Of a DNA stretch of 34,382 nucleotides, positions 1-7,952 are shown piece after piece (positions within the stretch are counted from its first letter, which is position 1; the number at the start of each line of letters is the position of its first letter). The position numbers and the translations under genes were made by a program. The notes beneath the pieces were generated by a model that searched no databases, was not told where the DNA came from, and was given only the letters and a program-made list of their open reading frames with translations. Source of the DNA: an uncultured Spirochaetales bacterium (lineage in GTDB: Bacteria > Spirochaetota > Spirochaetia > SZUA-6 > CAZLRN01); assembly GCA_964561715.1 (NCBI GenBank), contig CAZLRN010000003.1:1-34382 (forward strand). Reading direction: 5' to 3'.

Positions 1-670
1 GGACGAGCATGGCTATGGCAGATTCGATAACGACTCGAAACGCAATTGATGCAATCAGGCCGAAGCTTACTAGAAAAGGCACCGTTAGCAGGTTAATTAT
101 CTTTTTCACTTCGGCCATGATATTCAGATAGACGATCACTCCTATCACTAGGACTTTGAAAAGTGTTTTTCCGAGATTGAAAAGGGCTTCGCCCGAGAAA
201 AAGGCTCTCCTGAAAAACCTGCCGAATCGAGGTATGATTCGGGAAAAATCAGGCGTGATTGGTTTGACGGTAAAGAGGAATCCCACCTGAAGAAGGTTGC
301 CCAATAGAGCGGTGACAAAAACCACCAGCATGACAGGAACCACCAACCTCAAGAAAAACCTGAAAAAGAGCGGGAGGAGGGAGGCTTCTGATGTTATGTC
401 CATTTCGGGAAAGCTCCGAAAGAAAAACTCAAGCATATCCAGTGTATTTTTCAAAAAGTAGGTAGAGAGCAGCCCCAAGGTGACAACCCCGAACAGCAGG
501 ACAAGGGCAGAGGTAAACTCTCCCGACTTGGCGACCTTGCCTTCTTCGCGGGCTTTGCGGAGTTTGTGCTCTGTCGGTTCCTCCGTACGGCCTTCATCCT
601 CAGCAGCAAAGGATAGAAAAGGCTGAAAGACGGGAAACAGCAGTCGCAATAGGTACGGGTCGAACCTCAC
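1..670 (-). CDS. flhB: Flagellar export protein FlhB, N-terminal part (runs off window edge)
   Basis: Not in the ORF track; translated by hand from GTG at 670 (GTGA overlap with the fliR stop): MRFDPYLL...FAAEDEGRTEEPTEHKLRKAREEGKVAKS, the FlhB N-terminal signature. Follows fliR. Confidence 0.95.
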   Translation of the reverse strand, partial: MRFDPYLLRLLFPVFQPFLSFAAEDEGRTEEPTEHKLRKAREEGKVAKSGEFTSALVLLFGVVTLGLLSTYFLKNTLDMLEFFFRSFPEMDITSEASLLPLFFRFFLRLVVPVMLVVFVTALLGNLLQVGFLFTVKPITPDFSRIIPRFGRFFRRAFFSGEALFNLGKTLFKVLVIGVIVYLNIMAEVKKIINLLTVPFLVSFGLIASIAFRVVIESAIAMLV

Positions 671-1458
671 GGCCTTGCCTCTCTGAGATCGGTAATGAGA
701 AGGGCAAGCTTGTCAAAACTCGCGTCTATGATGCGTGAGAAGGTGCTCATCAATAGTGGAGTGATCAAAAGCAAGATAAGGAAAGCCACCCCAATCGCCA
801 TCGGAAATCCCATCATGAGCAAATTCATCTGCGGAGCGGCTTTGGCCAGAAGCCCCATGGAAATGGATATCAGAAAGAGTGTTCCCAGAATGGGGAACGA
901 AATAGTCAGAGCGACTTCGAAGAGCTGTCCCAGGCTTCCCATGAATGTGTTCAGCAGCAAACCTTTGCCGGTTACCAGGTCGATAGCCTTCAGCGCCCCA
1001 AAAGACCGGTAGACCCCGACAAGGACGAATTTGTAGAAGCCGCTGGTCGTCAGAAACACGAACATCGCAACGATGTTGAAAAACTGTCCCATCAGGGGTA
1101 TCTCGATCTGAGCCAGCGGATCAAAGACCTCTGAGGCCCCGAATCCCATCTGAAGAGAGAAGAACTGACCGGCCAGCTGAAACGAGGCGAAGATGAGAAG
1201 CAGGAAGAATCCAATTATTATGCCGATCAGTACTTCTCCCAAGAGAAGGAGAAAGTAGTTGAGAGCCTGGGGCGGAACAGTGTATCCCCTTTCCAGAACG
1301 CCAGGAAACACCAGCGCTGCGACAAAGAGAGCAAATCCAATCTTTGCGACCTGGGGGATCGCTCCCGAGGAGAGCAACGGAGCCACCTGTGTCAGCGCGA
1401 CGATGCGAAAGAGCACGAGCAGAAACACCTGAAAGCTGTTGACAAATTGATCTGTCAT
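667..1458 (-). CDS. fliR: Flagellar export gate protein FliR
   Basis: Hydrophobic; motifs GEVLIG, AGQFFSLQMGFG, GLLAKAAPQMNLLMMGFP. The track start (1620) overlaps fliQ. First in-frame ATG after fliQ is 1458; possible ATA start at 1485. Confidence 0.95.
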   Translation of the reverse strand: MTDQFVNSFQVFLLVLFRIVALTQVAPLLSSGAIPQVAKIGFALFVAALVFPGVLERGYTVPPQALNYFLLLLGEVLIGIIIGFFLLLIFASFQLAGQFFSLQMGFGASEVFDPLAQIEIPLMGQFFNIVAMFVFLTTSGFYKFVLVGVYRSFGALKAIDLVTGKGLLLNTFMGSLGQLFEVALTISFPILGTLFLISISMGLLAKAAPQMNLLMMGFPMAIGVAFLILLLITPLLMSTFSRIIDASFDKLALLITDLREARP

Positions 1459-1501
1459 GAAAACATTCGACAGAAAACCGTCTATGGGATTCCTCCTTGA
1501 T

Positions 1502-1771
1502 CTAACCCGCCATATCGGGGATGCGCTCGAAAAGGTGAATCGTAAACTGGACCAGTGAATTGGCCATCCAAGGGCCAAACAGTAAAATCGAACCCAGGAT
1601 AGCGGCGATTTTTGGCACAAATGTCAAAGTCTGCTCCTGAAGGGATGTCGTAGCCTGTAGAATCGAAATGATAAGCCCCACCCCCATTCCAACCAGCAGA
1701 ATCGGAGCCGCAAGCAGCAGGACCTGAAGCACACCGCCTCGTACAAGGTTAATCGCTATTCCAAGACTCAC
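1502..1771 (-). CDS. fliQ: Flagellar export gate protein FliQ
   Basis: GLIISILQATTSLQEQTLTFVPK motif; GTG at 1771 preceded by an AAGGAG SD. Confidence 0.96.
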   Translation of the reverse strand: MSLGIAINLVRGGVLQVLLLAAPILLVGMGVGLIISILQATTSLQEQTLTFVPKIAAILGSILLFGPWMANSLVQFTIHLFERIPDMAG

Positions 1772-1803
1772 TTCTCTCTCCTTACTCAAAGCCCATAACT
1801 AGA

Positions 1804-1831
1804 TTTTCGGCGTGTCATCGAAAGCTCCTTA
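1804..1831 (-). promoter_or_regulatory. Putative sigma28 (FliA)-type promoter upstream of fliQ
   Basis: TAAG-N16-GCCGAAAA on the minus strand; same -10 element and spacing as the site upstream of flgB. Confidence 0.45.
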
Positions 1832-2603
1832 TGACCTGCAGCGTGATTAAATCCCAACCATTGACCAGGACAAATACAATAAGTTTGAAGGGCAGAGAAA
1901 TCATGATTGGGGGTAGCATGATCATTCCCATGGACATCAACGTCGAGGCAACCACCATATCGATGATGATGAAGGGCACAAACAGCAAAATGCCGATTTT
2001 GAATGCCACCGTCAGTTCGTGCAGGACAAAGGCTGGAATCAGGACATAGGTGGGTACGTCCGCCAGAGTGTCTGGCTTCTCCAACCCCCTCATCCTCATA
2101 AAGAGGCGGATATTGTCGAAATCCGACCCCATCTGGCGCGCCATGAAGATCCTAATAGGCCGTTCGGCGTTGGTGTACATCTCCTCCACACCGATCTCTT
2201 CGGCAGCGAAGGGTTTAAAGGAGTTGTCGTAAATTTCCTGGAAGGTCGGCCACATGATAAAAAGGGTGAGGAAAAAAGCCACGCCCATGAGAACCTGTGT
2301 GGGGGGCACCTGCTGCAGGGAGAGAGCCCTCTTGATAAAGTCGAAAACGATGGCGATCCGCAGAAAGGCGGTCGTTAGCACAGCAATGGACGGCGCTAGG
2401 GTCAGGACCGAAAGGAGGAGCAGGAGCTGTATCGAAAGGGCCACCTCCCTGTTGCTCTCTGCTTCCCGGACATTGACATCGACAAAGGGAACGCCGATCG
2501 CTCCCGGCGCTCCAGCCCCGGCAGCAGGTCCGATATCACCATCCTGAGCGGCGAGCGGGAGGGCAAGGAGCATAAGCAGTGCCAGAATGATTGTCCGTTT
2601 CAT
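1815..2603 (-). CDS. fliP: Flagellar export gate protein FliP
   Basis: Signal peptide; LSLQQVPPTQVL, LIPAFVLHELTVAFKIG, MSMGMIMLPP, SLPFKL motifs. Confidence 0.97.
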   Translation of the reverse strand: MKRTIILALLMLLALPLAAQDGDIGPAAGAGAPGAIGVPFVDVNVREAESNREVALSIQLLLLLSVLTLAPSIAVLTTAFLRIAIVFDFIKRALSLQQVPPTQVLMGVAFFLTLFIMWPTFQEIYDNSFKPFAAEEIGVEEMYTNAERPIRIFMARQMGSDFDNIRLFMRMRGLEKPDTLADVPTYVLIPAFVLHELTVAFKIGILLFVPFIIIDMVVASTLMSMGMIMLPPIMISLPFKLIVFVLVNGWDLITLQVIRSFR

Positions 2604-2612
2604 TCTCCCCTC

Positions 2613-3215
2613 TTACCTCAGTTTCTTCAGCCGGTCTTTCTGCTGCCTCATGAAATTGATAGAATCGATAATGGAAACGCTTTTGCGCCCCCCTGATTTG
2701 AAGAGATTTGCGAGCATATCCGAAAAACTTCTCCGCTGAGGTGGAGGTTTTTGCGACAACTCGAGACGAAGGGTATCGAGAGTTTCTTTATCCTTTATCT
2801 CGGAGATCAGATTGACACCGTTTTCCGCTGAGCCAACGAGAAAAATGCTCTGGCCCACTTCAACGAGATGCAGGGCTCTGTTTCCCGCGAGAGATTGATA
2901 ATCCAGCATCCGGATTAACTGATTCTCCGGATAGCGGTTGCGCGATCCCCTCTTGAGCAGCACGAAAAGAAGGTAGATGAATCCGACGACTCCGCCCAGG
3001 ACGAGGATCATTTTGACAAAATCCCATGTCGAAATCACGGAAGGCTGGGCTGCGGGTTCCTCGTTCCCCTCGCTGATAAGGATCAGTTCTTCAGGATTCT
3101 CGGTCTCGGGAGGGGAGCCCTTTCCGCGATCCTCGGCAGTATCCTGGGCAAGGGCCTGATAACCCCCAATCGCTATGCAGAGAGAGACTCCCAATGTCAG
3201 AATGATTTTGTTGAT
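2613..3215 (-). CDS. fliO: FliO (FliZ/FliO family) export-gate assembly protein
   Basis: Between fliY and fliP; signal-like N-terminus, one TM segment, then a FliO-like domain (LAGNRALHLVEVGQSIFLVGSAENGVNLISEI). Start uncertain: ATC 3215 or TTG 3194. Confidence 0.88.
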   Translation of the reverse strand: MNKIILTLGVSLCIAIGGYQALAQDTAEDRGKGSPPETENPEELILISEGNEEPAAQPSVISTWDFVKMILVLGGVVGFIYLLFVLLKRGSRNRYPENQLIRMLDYQSLAGNRALHLVEVGQSIFLVGSAENGVNLISEIKDKETLDTLRLELSQKPPPQRRSFSDMLANLFKSGGRKSVSIIDSINFMRQQKDRLKKLR

Positions 3216-3240
3216 TGTCAGCTTCCCCCCCCAGCTTCAA

Positions 3241-3356
3241 TCAAAGATTGAAATTTATACTAAAATATACATTGTTCTAAGTCATATTAAGAGCAATCCT
3301 ATCAGACTTTCAAAGGAACATCAATACCTATAATCAATACTTTGCACATCCCCTGT
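3241..3356 (-). promoter_or_regulatory. AT-rich intergenic region, probable internal promoter for fliO-fliP
   Basis: Markedly AT-rich gap in a tightly packed operon. Candidate sigma70 pairs TTGAAA-N18-TAATAT and ATGACT-N17-TAGTAT; GTATTGAT direct repeat twice. Confidence 0.4.
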
Positions 3357-4484
3357 CTAGGTCAGATCCTGCATTCTTTCCATCGGAGAGACGATCTCCG
3401 TGACTCTAACACCGAAGTTTTCGTCGATAACCACAACCTCACCCTTGGCGATAAGCTTATGGTTGACGAGTATATCCACGGGCTCACCGGCAAGCTTGTC
3501 GAGCTCGATAATGGTACCCTCACCTATGGTCAAAATCTCCTTGATCAGTTTTTTCGTGCGCCCCAATTCTACGGTCATCTCCATGAAAACGTCCATGAGA
3601 AGACCAATGTTGCCCTGCTCTGAGGGTACATTGGATGGCTGAAGATTGGCAAATTGGACAGGTTGAACATTGGGCGGCGGCGCCTGTGGTGATGGAGTGG
3701 CACCTCCCAGAGGCTGCCCAAAAGTCTGAGCTATTCCGCTGGAACCCTCCGAAGCACCAAAGAAATCCTCCATGCCCTCGGCCCGGGATGGCTGCTGGGT
3801 ACGAGCTTCGGCCACTGGAGCGGCGACGGCTTCACCGCCCAGCATTGATGCCAATTCGGAGACCATTGAGAGGGGGAATATCTCGATCAAACGACTGGGC
3901 ATATCTCCCTCGAGGGTTAAGGGGTAATCGATCTTGACGTAAGAGTCATCCTGCGGAAGGACGGCCTCCTCCCTGGTGGTCCTCCTGTTCACCGGGGTCT
4001 CGGTCTGAATGGTCTGGCCTGTCCTGTTGCCAAGCTCCGTTGTCGTCGGGCCTGTAATGTTGCTGATCGCTTCACCGATCGTCGAAAGGGCCATCTCGTC
4101 CAGCTCGATTCCCTCCTGTCCCAACATCAGACTGGCGATCCGCACACCTGTCTCCACCGGAAGCAGGTAGAGATGCTCACCCACGATCCCCTCGGTAAAA
4201 TCGATCTTCACTTCAACCAGCTCATCCGGGAGATCGGAAAGCAGTTGATCCCTGGATACGACCTCCGTAGTCGGGGCATCGATTCGAACAGTTTTTCCTG
4301 TCAGCATTGAGAGATTAGAGCTTTGAGATTCTACCAGCCCTCTCAGCAGGTTCTGGAAGGCCTCCTTCATCTCATCGGAGAATCCTGTTGCAGTTGCCGT
4401 ACCCGGGGATGCCTCCATCTCGATCGTATCAGTTCCTTGCAGCAGTGCGTCTATTTCATCTTGCGATAATGATCCATCGCTCAT
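3357..4484 (-). CDS. fliY: Flagellar C-ring switch protein FliY (CheC-like plus FliN domain)
   Basis: N-terminal LSQDEIDALL CheY-binding peptide, CheC-like middle domain, C-terminal FliN domain (LLMDVFMEMTVELGRT...ELDKLAGEPVDILVN...GEVVVIDENFGVRV). Confidence 0.93.
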   Translation of the reverse strand: MSDGSLSQDEIDALLQGTDTIEMEASPGTATATGFSDEMKEAFQNLLRGLVESQSSNLSMLTGKTVRIDAPTTEVVSRDQLLSDLPDELVEVKIDFTEGIVGEHLYLLPVETGVRIASLMLGQEGIELDEMALSTIGEAISNITGPTTTELGNRTGQTIQTETPVNRRTTREEAVLPQDDSYVKIDYPLTLEGDMPSRLIEIFPLSMVSELASMLGGEAVAAPVAEARTQQPSRAEGMEDFFGASEGSSGIAQTFGQPLGGATPSPQAPPPNVQPVQFANLQPSNVPSEQGNIGLLMDVFMEMTVELGRTKKLIKEILTIGEGTIIELDKLAGEPVDILVNHKLIAKGEVVVIDENFGVRVTEIVSPMERMQDLT

Positions 4485-5512
4485 AATGATTCCTCCCCTC
4501 CTGAGGTGAGCTCTTCGAACTCCTCTCGCTCAATACTTTCGATCTTCTGGATAACCTGGACCGCTATTTTGTTGCCAACCACTCCGGGCCGACAGAGAAA
4601 TTTCTTCTTATTCCCCACACTCACAACCATGGGGTCCCCTACTCTTGTATCGGCTAATCGGATCACATCCCCAACCTTTAAGTTGAGAACGTCGTCGACC
4701 TTGAGATTCATAGCTCCAATCTCTGCGACAACGGTGATGCCGATAGTGGAGAGCCGATCCCTTAAAATGGTGAGGTTTTCGGTTGTGGCACCCCGTCGAA
4801 CCGAAGAATACCAGTACTGAGCCGAGAGCTTTGAGATAATCGGCTCAATGGTGAGGTAAGGGATGCAGAAGTTCATCATTCCCTCTACATCTCCCACCTT
4901 TGTTTCCAAGGTGACAAGCACAACCATCTCAGTGGGTGGTACGATCTGCGCGAACTGGGGGTTGGTCTCTATCTGTCCGAGTCGCGGCCTCAAATCGATA
5001 ACGGTGCTCCAAGCTTCGCGCATGTTGCCCAGAATGCGAACGATGTTGTTCTCCATTACCGACTGCTCGATGTCCGTCAGGTCTCGAGAAAGCTTTGTGC
5101 CCTCTCCTTGACCGCCGAACAGTCTGTCGATGATGGCAAATGTGACGGCGGGATCGATCTCAAGTATCGCAGATCCTTTGAGCGGATCCATATTTATGAC
5201 AGCGAGTGTTGTCGGATTGGGGATAGAGCGGATGAACTCCTCATAGGTGAGCTGATCGACCGAAGCAACATGAACCTGAGCGAGACTCCGAAGCTGAGCA
5301 GAAAGGGATGTCGTAGTCAACCGGGCGAAGGTTTCGTGCATGATGGAGATCGTCCTGATCTGATCTTTGGAAAACTTGTCAGGGCGTTTGAAATCGTATA
5401 TTTTTATCTTTTTTTGATCGGTGGCCTGCTGAACCTCCGCAGGCTCCACCTCACCGGAGGAGATCGCCGTTAAAAGCTGGTCTATTTCATCCTGTGATAA
5501 AACCTCTGTCAT
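4481..5512 (-). CDS. fliM: Flagellar motor switch protein FliM
   Basis: MTEVLSQDEIDQLL, YDFKRPDKFSKDQ, IIDRLFGGQG, ETNPQFAQIV motifs. Confidence 0.98.
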   Translation of the reverse strand: MTEVLSQDEIDQLLTAISSGEVEPAEVQQATDQKKIKIYDFKRPDKFSKDQIRTISIMHETFARLTTTSLSAQLRSLAQVHVASVDQLTYEEFIRSIPNPTTLAVINMDPLKGSAILEIDPAVTFAIIDRLFGGQGEGTKLSRDLTDIEQSVMENNIVRILGNMREAWSTVIDLRPRLGQIETNPQFAQIVPPTEMVVLVTLETKVGDVEGMMNFCIPYLTIEPIISKLSAQYWYSSVRRGATTENLTILRDRLSTIGITVVAEIGAMNLKVDDVLNLKVGDVIRLADTRVGDPMVVSVGNKKKFLCRPGVVGNKIAVQVIQKIESIEREEFEELTSGGEESL

Positions 5513-5540
5513 AGCTCCCTCCCCTTAGGCCATCAGCTGA

Positions 5541-6092
5541 TCAAAAGGTCTGCAGTTCGTGAATAAGCACCTGGGTAATCTGCCCGTTTCTCATGATGCT
5601 GTTGTTTATGATTCCCTTGAGCTCGTTCTCGAGAACGTCGAACCGATTCGTCGTCAGTTCGGAGGCAGTCTTGGACCCAAAGAATTTCAGTATGGTATTC
5701 TGTATGAGCTCGGTTTTCTCAATAAGCTCGGTTTGTATCTTGGTACTCCCTTTCTTGTAACCGATGCTCACCGAAACCAGAAAAGACCTCGGTGGCTCAT
5801 CCGATGTCTGCCCGCGGATGTTTTCGATCATGTTTTTGAAGAACTCCATCTTCACATCCGACTCTTTGTATTCGGGCGAAAACTCGCCCAGTCCGCTGGG
5901 GGTTCGTCCCCTTATAAAGAGGCTGAACGTGGCCCAGGAGACAGTGGCAATCAGAATTACGGCTGCCAATCCAATCGCTGCCCATTTCAGGACAACCAGG
6001 AGCACGCCAGAGAAGACGCCTGGTCTTACGGCGGCCGCTTGTTCTTCCTCACCCGTAACGTCTTCGTCGAGAAAACGCTCCTCGTCAGCCAT
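5541..6092 (-). CDS. fliL: Flagellar basal-body-associated protein FliL
   Basis: Acidic N-terminus, single TM segment, FliL-like periplasmic domain; lies between motB and fliM. Confidence 0.9.
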   Translation of the reverse strand: MADEERFLDEDVTGEEEQAAAVRPGVFSGVLLVVLKWAAIGLAAVILIATVSWATFSLFIRGRTPSGLGEFSPEYKESDVKMEFFKNMIENIRGQTSDEPPRSFLVSVSIGYKKGSTKIQTELIEKTELIQNTILKFFGSKTASELTTNRFDVLENELKGIINNSIMRNGQITQVLIHELQTF

Positions 6093-6113
6093 TATCTACT
6101 CCCTATCATAATA

Positions 6114-6142
6114 AGTTTACCAAATATCACATTGCGGGGCAA
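6114..6142 (-). promoter_or_regulatory. Putative sigma70 promoter upstream of fliL
   Basis: TTGCCC-N17-TAAACT with a TGn extended -10 (TGGTAAACT) in the motB-fliL gap. Confidence 0.5.
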
Positions 6143-6201
6143 ACGCCTCATATTTTCCGATTTAAACACTATCTTCATCATATCTTTGCTCGCCATTTTG
6201 C

Positions 6202-6936
6202 CTATAAATGGCCCTCCGTTAGAATCACAATATCGACCCGCCTGTTGTAGGCCCGCCCCTCAGCGGTTTCATTGCTCGCCAGAGGCACCGTGTCGGCAAA
6301 TCCCGCTACCTGAAACTGGCGCTCATTGACGTTGAACTCGACGAGGTATTTGAGAATGTTGATGGAACGAGCCGTCGATAGCTCCCAATTGGTGGGATAT
6401 GGCCCATTGGGATCAGTAGGAATGTTGTCCGTGTGTCCCTCTATACGAAAAGTATTCCTGGAGAACACGGGATCGCTCAAAAGGCTTGAGATCTTTTGAA
6501 GCACCTGCCTGGTTTCCTCTATATCCACCTCCGCCGAGCCTGTTCTAAAAAAGCTGTCTCCGCTTAGAGAGATAACGAGCCCACGCTCATCCTCCTTCAC
6601 CCTCACCTTCTTCGAGCGAAGCTCGGGTTCGAAAATGGACACCGCCTTTTTCCTCGCCTTATCCAAAGCTTTCCCGCTCTCCTGAGAGGGCAGGCTCTCC
6701 ACCGTGTTGCCCAGTTCGGCCAGCTTGCCCGTCTGCAGAGTGTTGCCCCCCTCCAGGAATCCCAAACCTTGAAAGGCGGCCAGAATCATACGCAACTCGG
6801 AGCCGTTGATCTCAGCAGTGGTAAACATCATGACAAAGAAAGTCAGAAGAAGAGTTGTCATGTCTCCGTATGTGACCATCCAATCCGGCGTTCCCTCTGA
6901 TTCTCTTTTCTTCTTTCTCCCCTCGCGCCTATCCAT
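6202..6936 (-). CDS. motB: Stator protein MotB
   Basis: WMVTYGDMTTLLLTFFV TM segment with the conserved Asp; OmpA-like domain (IEGHTD, NWELSTARS, NRRVDI). Confidence 0.97.
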   Translation of the reverse strand: MDRREGRKKKRESEGTPDWMVTYGDMTTLLLTFFVMMFTTAEINGSELRMILAAFQGLGFLEGGNTLQTGKLAELGNTVESLPSQESGKALDKARKKAVSIFEPELRSKKVRVKEDERGLVISLSGDSFFRTGSAEVDIEETRQVLQKISSLLSDPVFSRNTFRIEGHTDNIPTDPNGPYPTNWELSTARSINILKYLVEFNVNERQFQVAGFADTVPLASNETAEGRAYNRRVDIVILTEGHL

Positions 6937-6946
6937 ATATCTCTTC

Positions 6947-7729
6947 CTACTCTGCCATAGCTTCCTGCCGAATAGCCTCGCGGCGATCCGGCGGCAGAAA
7001 TGACAGCAGCTTCTCCTCGAGTATTCTAGGGTTGTCCCCCGACTGGATCGACAGGATCCCCTCGATCATGATTTCTTTCACCAGGGTTTCGCCGTCGTCC
7101 CGATCCTGCAGCTTATTTCTCGTGGGTATGAAAAGCAGGTTTGCCATGATAGCCCCATAGAGGGTTGTAAGCAAAGCCGTGGACATGCCGCTGCCGATGG
7201 CCGATTTGTCCTCGATGTTGCCCAACATGGCGATAAGCCCTAGGAGGGTTCCGATCATTCCCCAAGCCGGAGCCAGCTTGCCCCAATCGTCGAAGATTTT
7301 GATTCCAATGCTATGCCTGTCCTGGATTTTATTGAGCTCCGTGTTCAGGACGCTCTTGATAATCTCGGGGTCCGTACCGTCGACCACGAGCTGGATCCCC
7401 TTCCTCAGGAACTCATCCTCCACCTCTTCGAGATCGTCTTCGAGAGCCAGGAGACCCTCCCTTCGGGCCTTCTCGGAAAAGGCCACGAGGCGGGCGATAA
7501 TCCGCTCTTCCTCCCAGTTGGGCACCCTCAGTGTGTGACCAAAGTATTGCATGATGCCGAGAACACGGCTTAAGGGATTGGATATGAGAATGGCCGCCAG
7601 GGAACCGCCGATCGTGATAAAAACGGATGGCACATTCACATAAATGAGCATGCCGCTTCCGCCTATGAGGATTCCTAAAATGACCATTATCGGACCAATA
7701 ACCAGTCCCAGTATAGTCCCTAGGTCCAT
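6947..7729 (-). CDS. motA: Stator protein MotA
   Basis: ARREGLLALE, GIQLVVDG, APAWGMIGTLLGLI, ALLTTLYG, IQSGDNP. Confidence 0.97.
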   Translation of the reverse strand: MDLGTILGLVIGPIMVILGILIGGSGMLIYVNVPSVFITIGGSLAAILISNPLSRVLGIMQYFGHTLRVPNWEEERIIARLVAFSEKARREGLLALEDDLEEVEDEFLRKGIQLVVDGTDPEIIKSVLNTELNKIQDRHSIGIKIFDDWGKLAPAWGMIGTLLGLIAMLGNIEDKSAIGSGMSTALLTTLYGAIMANLLFIPTRNKLQDRDDGETLVKEIMIEGILSIQSGDNPRILEEKLLSFLPPDRREAIRQEAMAE

Positions 7730-7734
7730 TGTAT

Positions 7735-7935
7735 TTACTCCTCGTTTTTGAAGGCTCCGATGAGCCGCCTGTAATCTACAATTCTGCCAAAAAGAGACTG
7801 GTAGTCCTCACGAACTACCAGTCGTTTTCCCGAAAGCATGATAAGGGTTGTATCCGGATTACGCTCTATGTATTCGATTTGATGGGGGTTGACATAATAG
7901 ACTGTACCATCGAGTCGCGTCACCTCTATCATCAC
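7735..7935 (-). CDS. flbD: Flagellar protein FlbD (SwrD family)
   Basis: MIEVTRLDG...VNPHQIEYIERNPDTTLIMLSGK; lies between flgE and motA. Confidence 0.93.
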   Translation of the reverse strand: MMIEVTRLDGTVYYVNPHQIEYIERNPDTTLIMLSGKRLVVREDYQSLFGRIVDYRRLIGAFKNEE

Positions 7936-7952
7936 ATTATGACGTTACCCCC

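Noticed and set aside
1459-1620. Long N-terminal extensions in the ORF track for fliR (similarly xerC, ftsW, ftsQ, ftsL)
   Set aside because: Artefacts of choosing the most upstream start; they overlap neighbouring genes and better-supported starts lie downstream.
3900-4400. Degenerate CheC-type ExxN phosphatase motifs in FliY
   Set aside because: Degeneracy is apparent but cannot be placed reliably without an alignment, and is probably not unusual for spirochete FliY.
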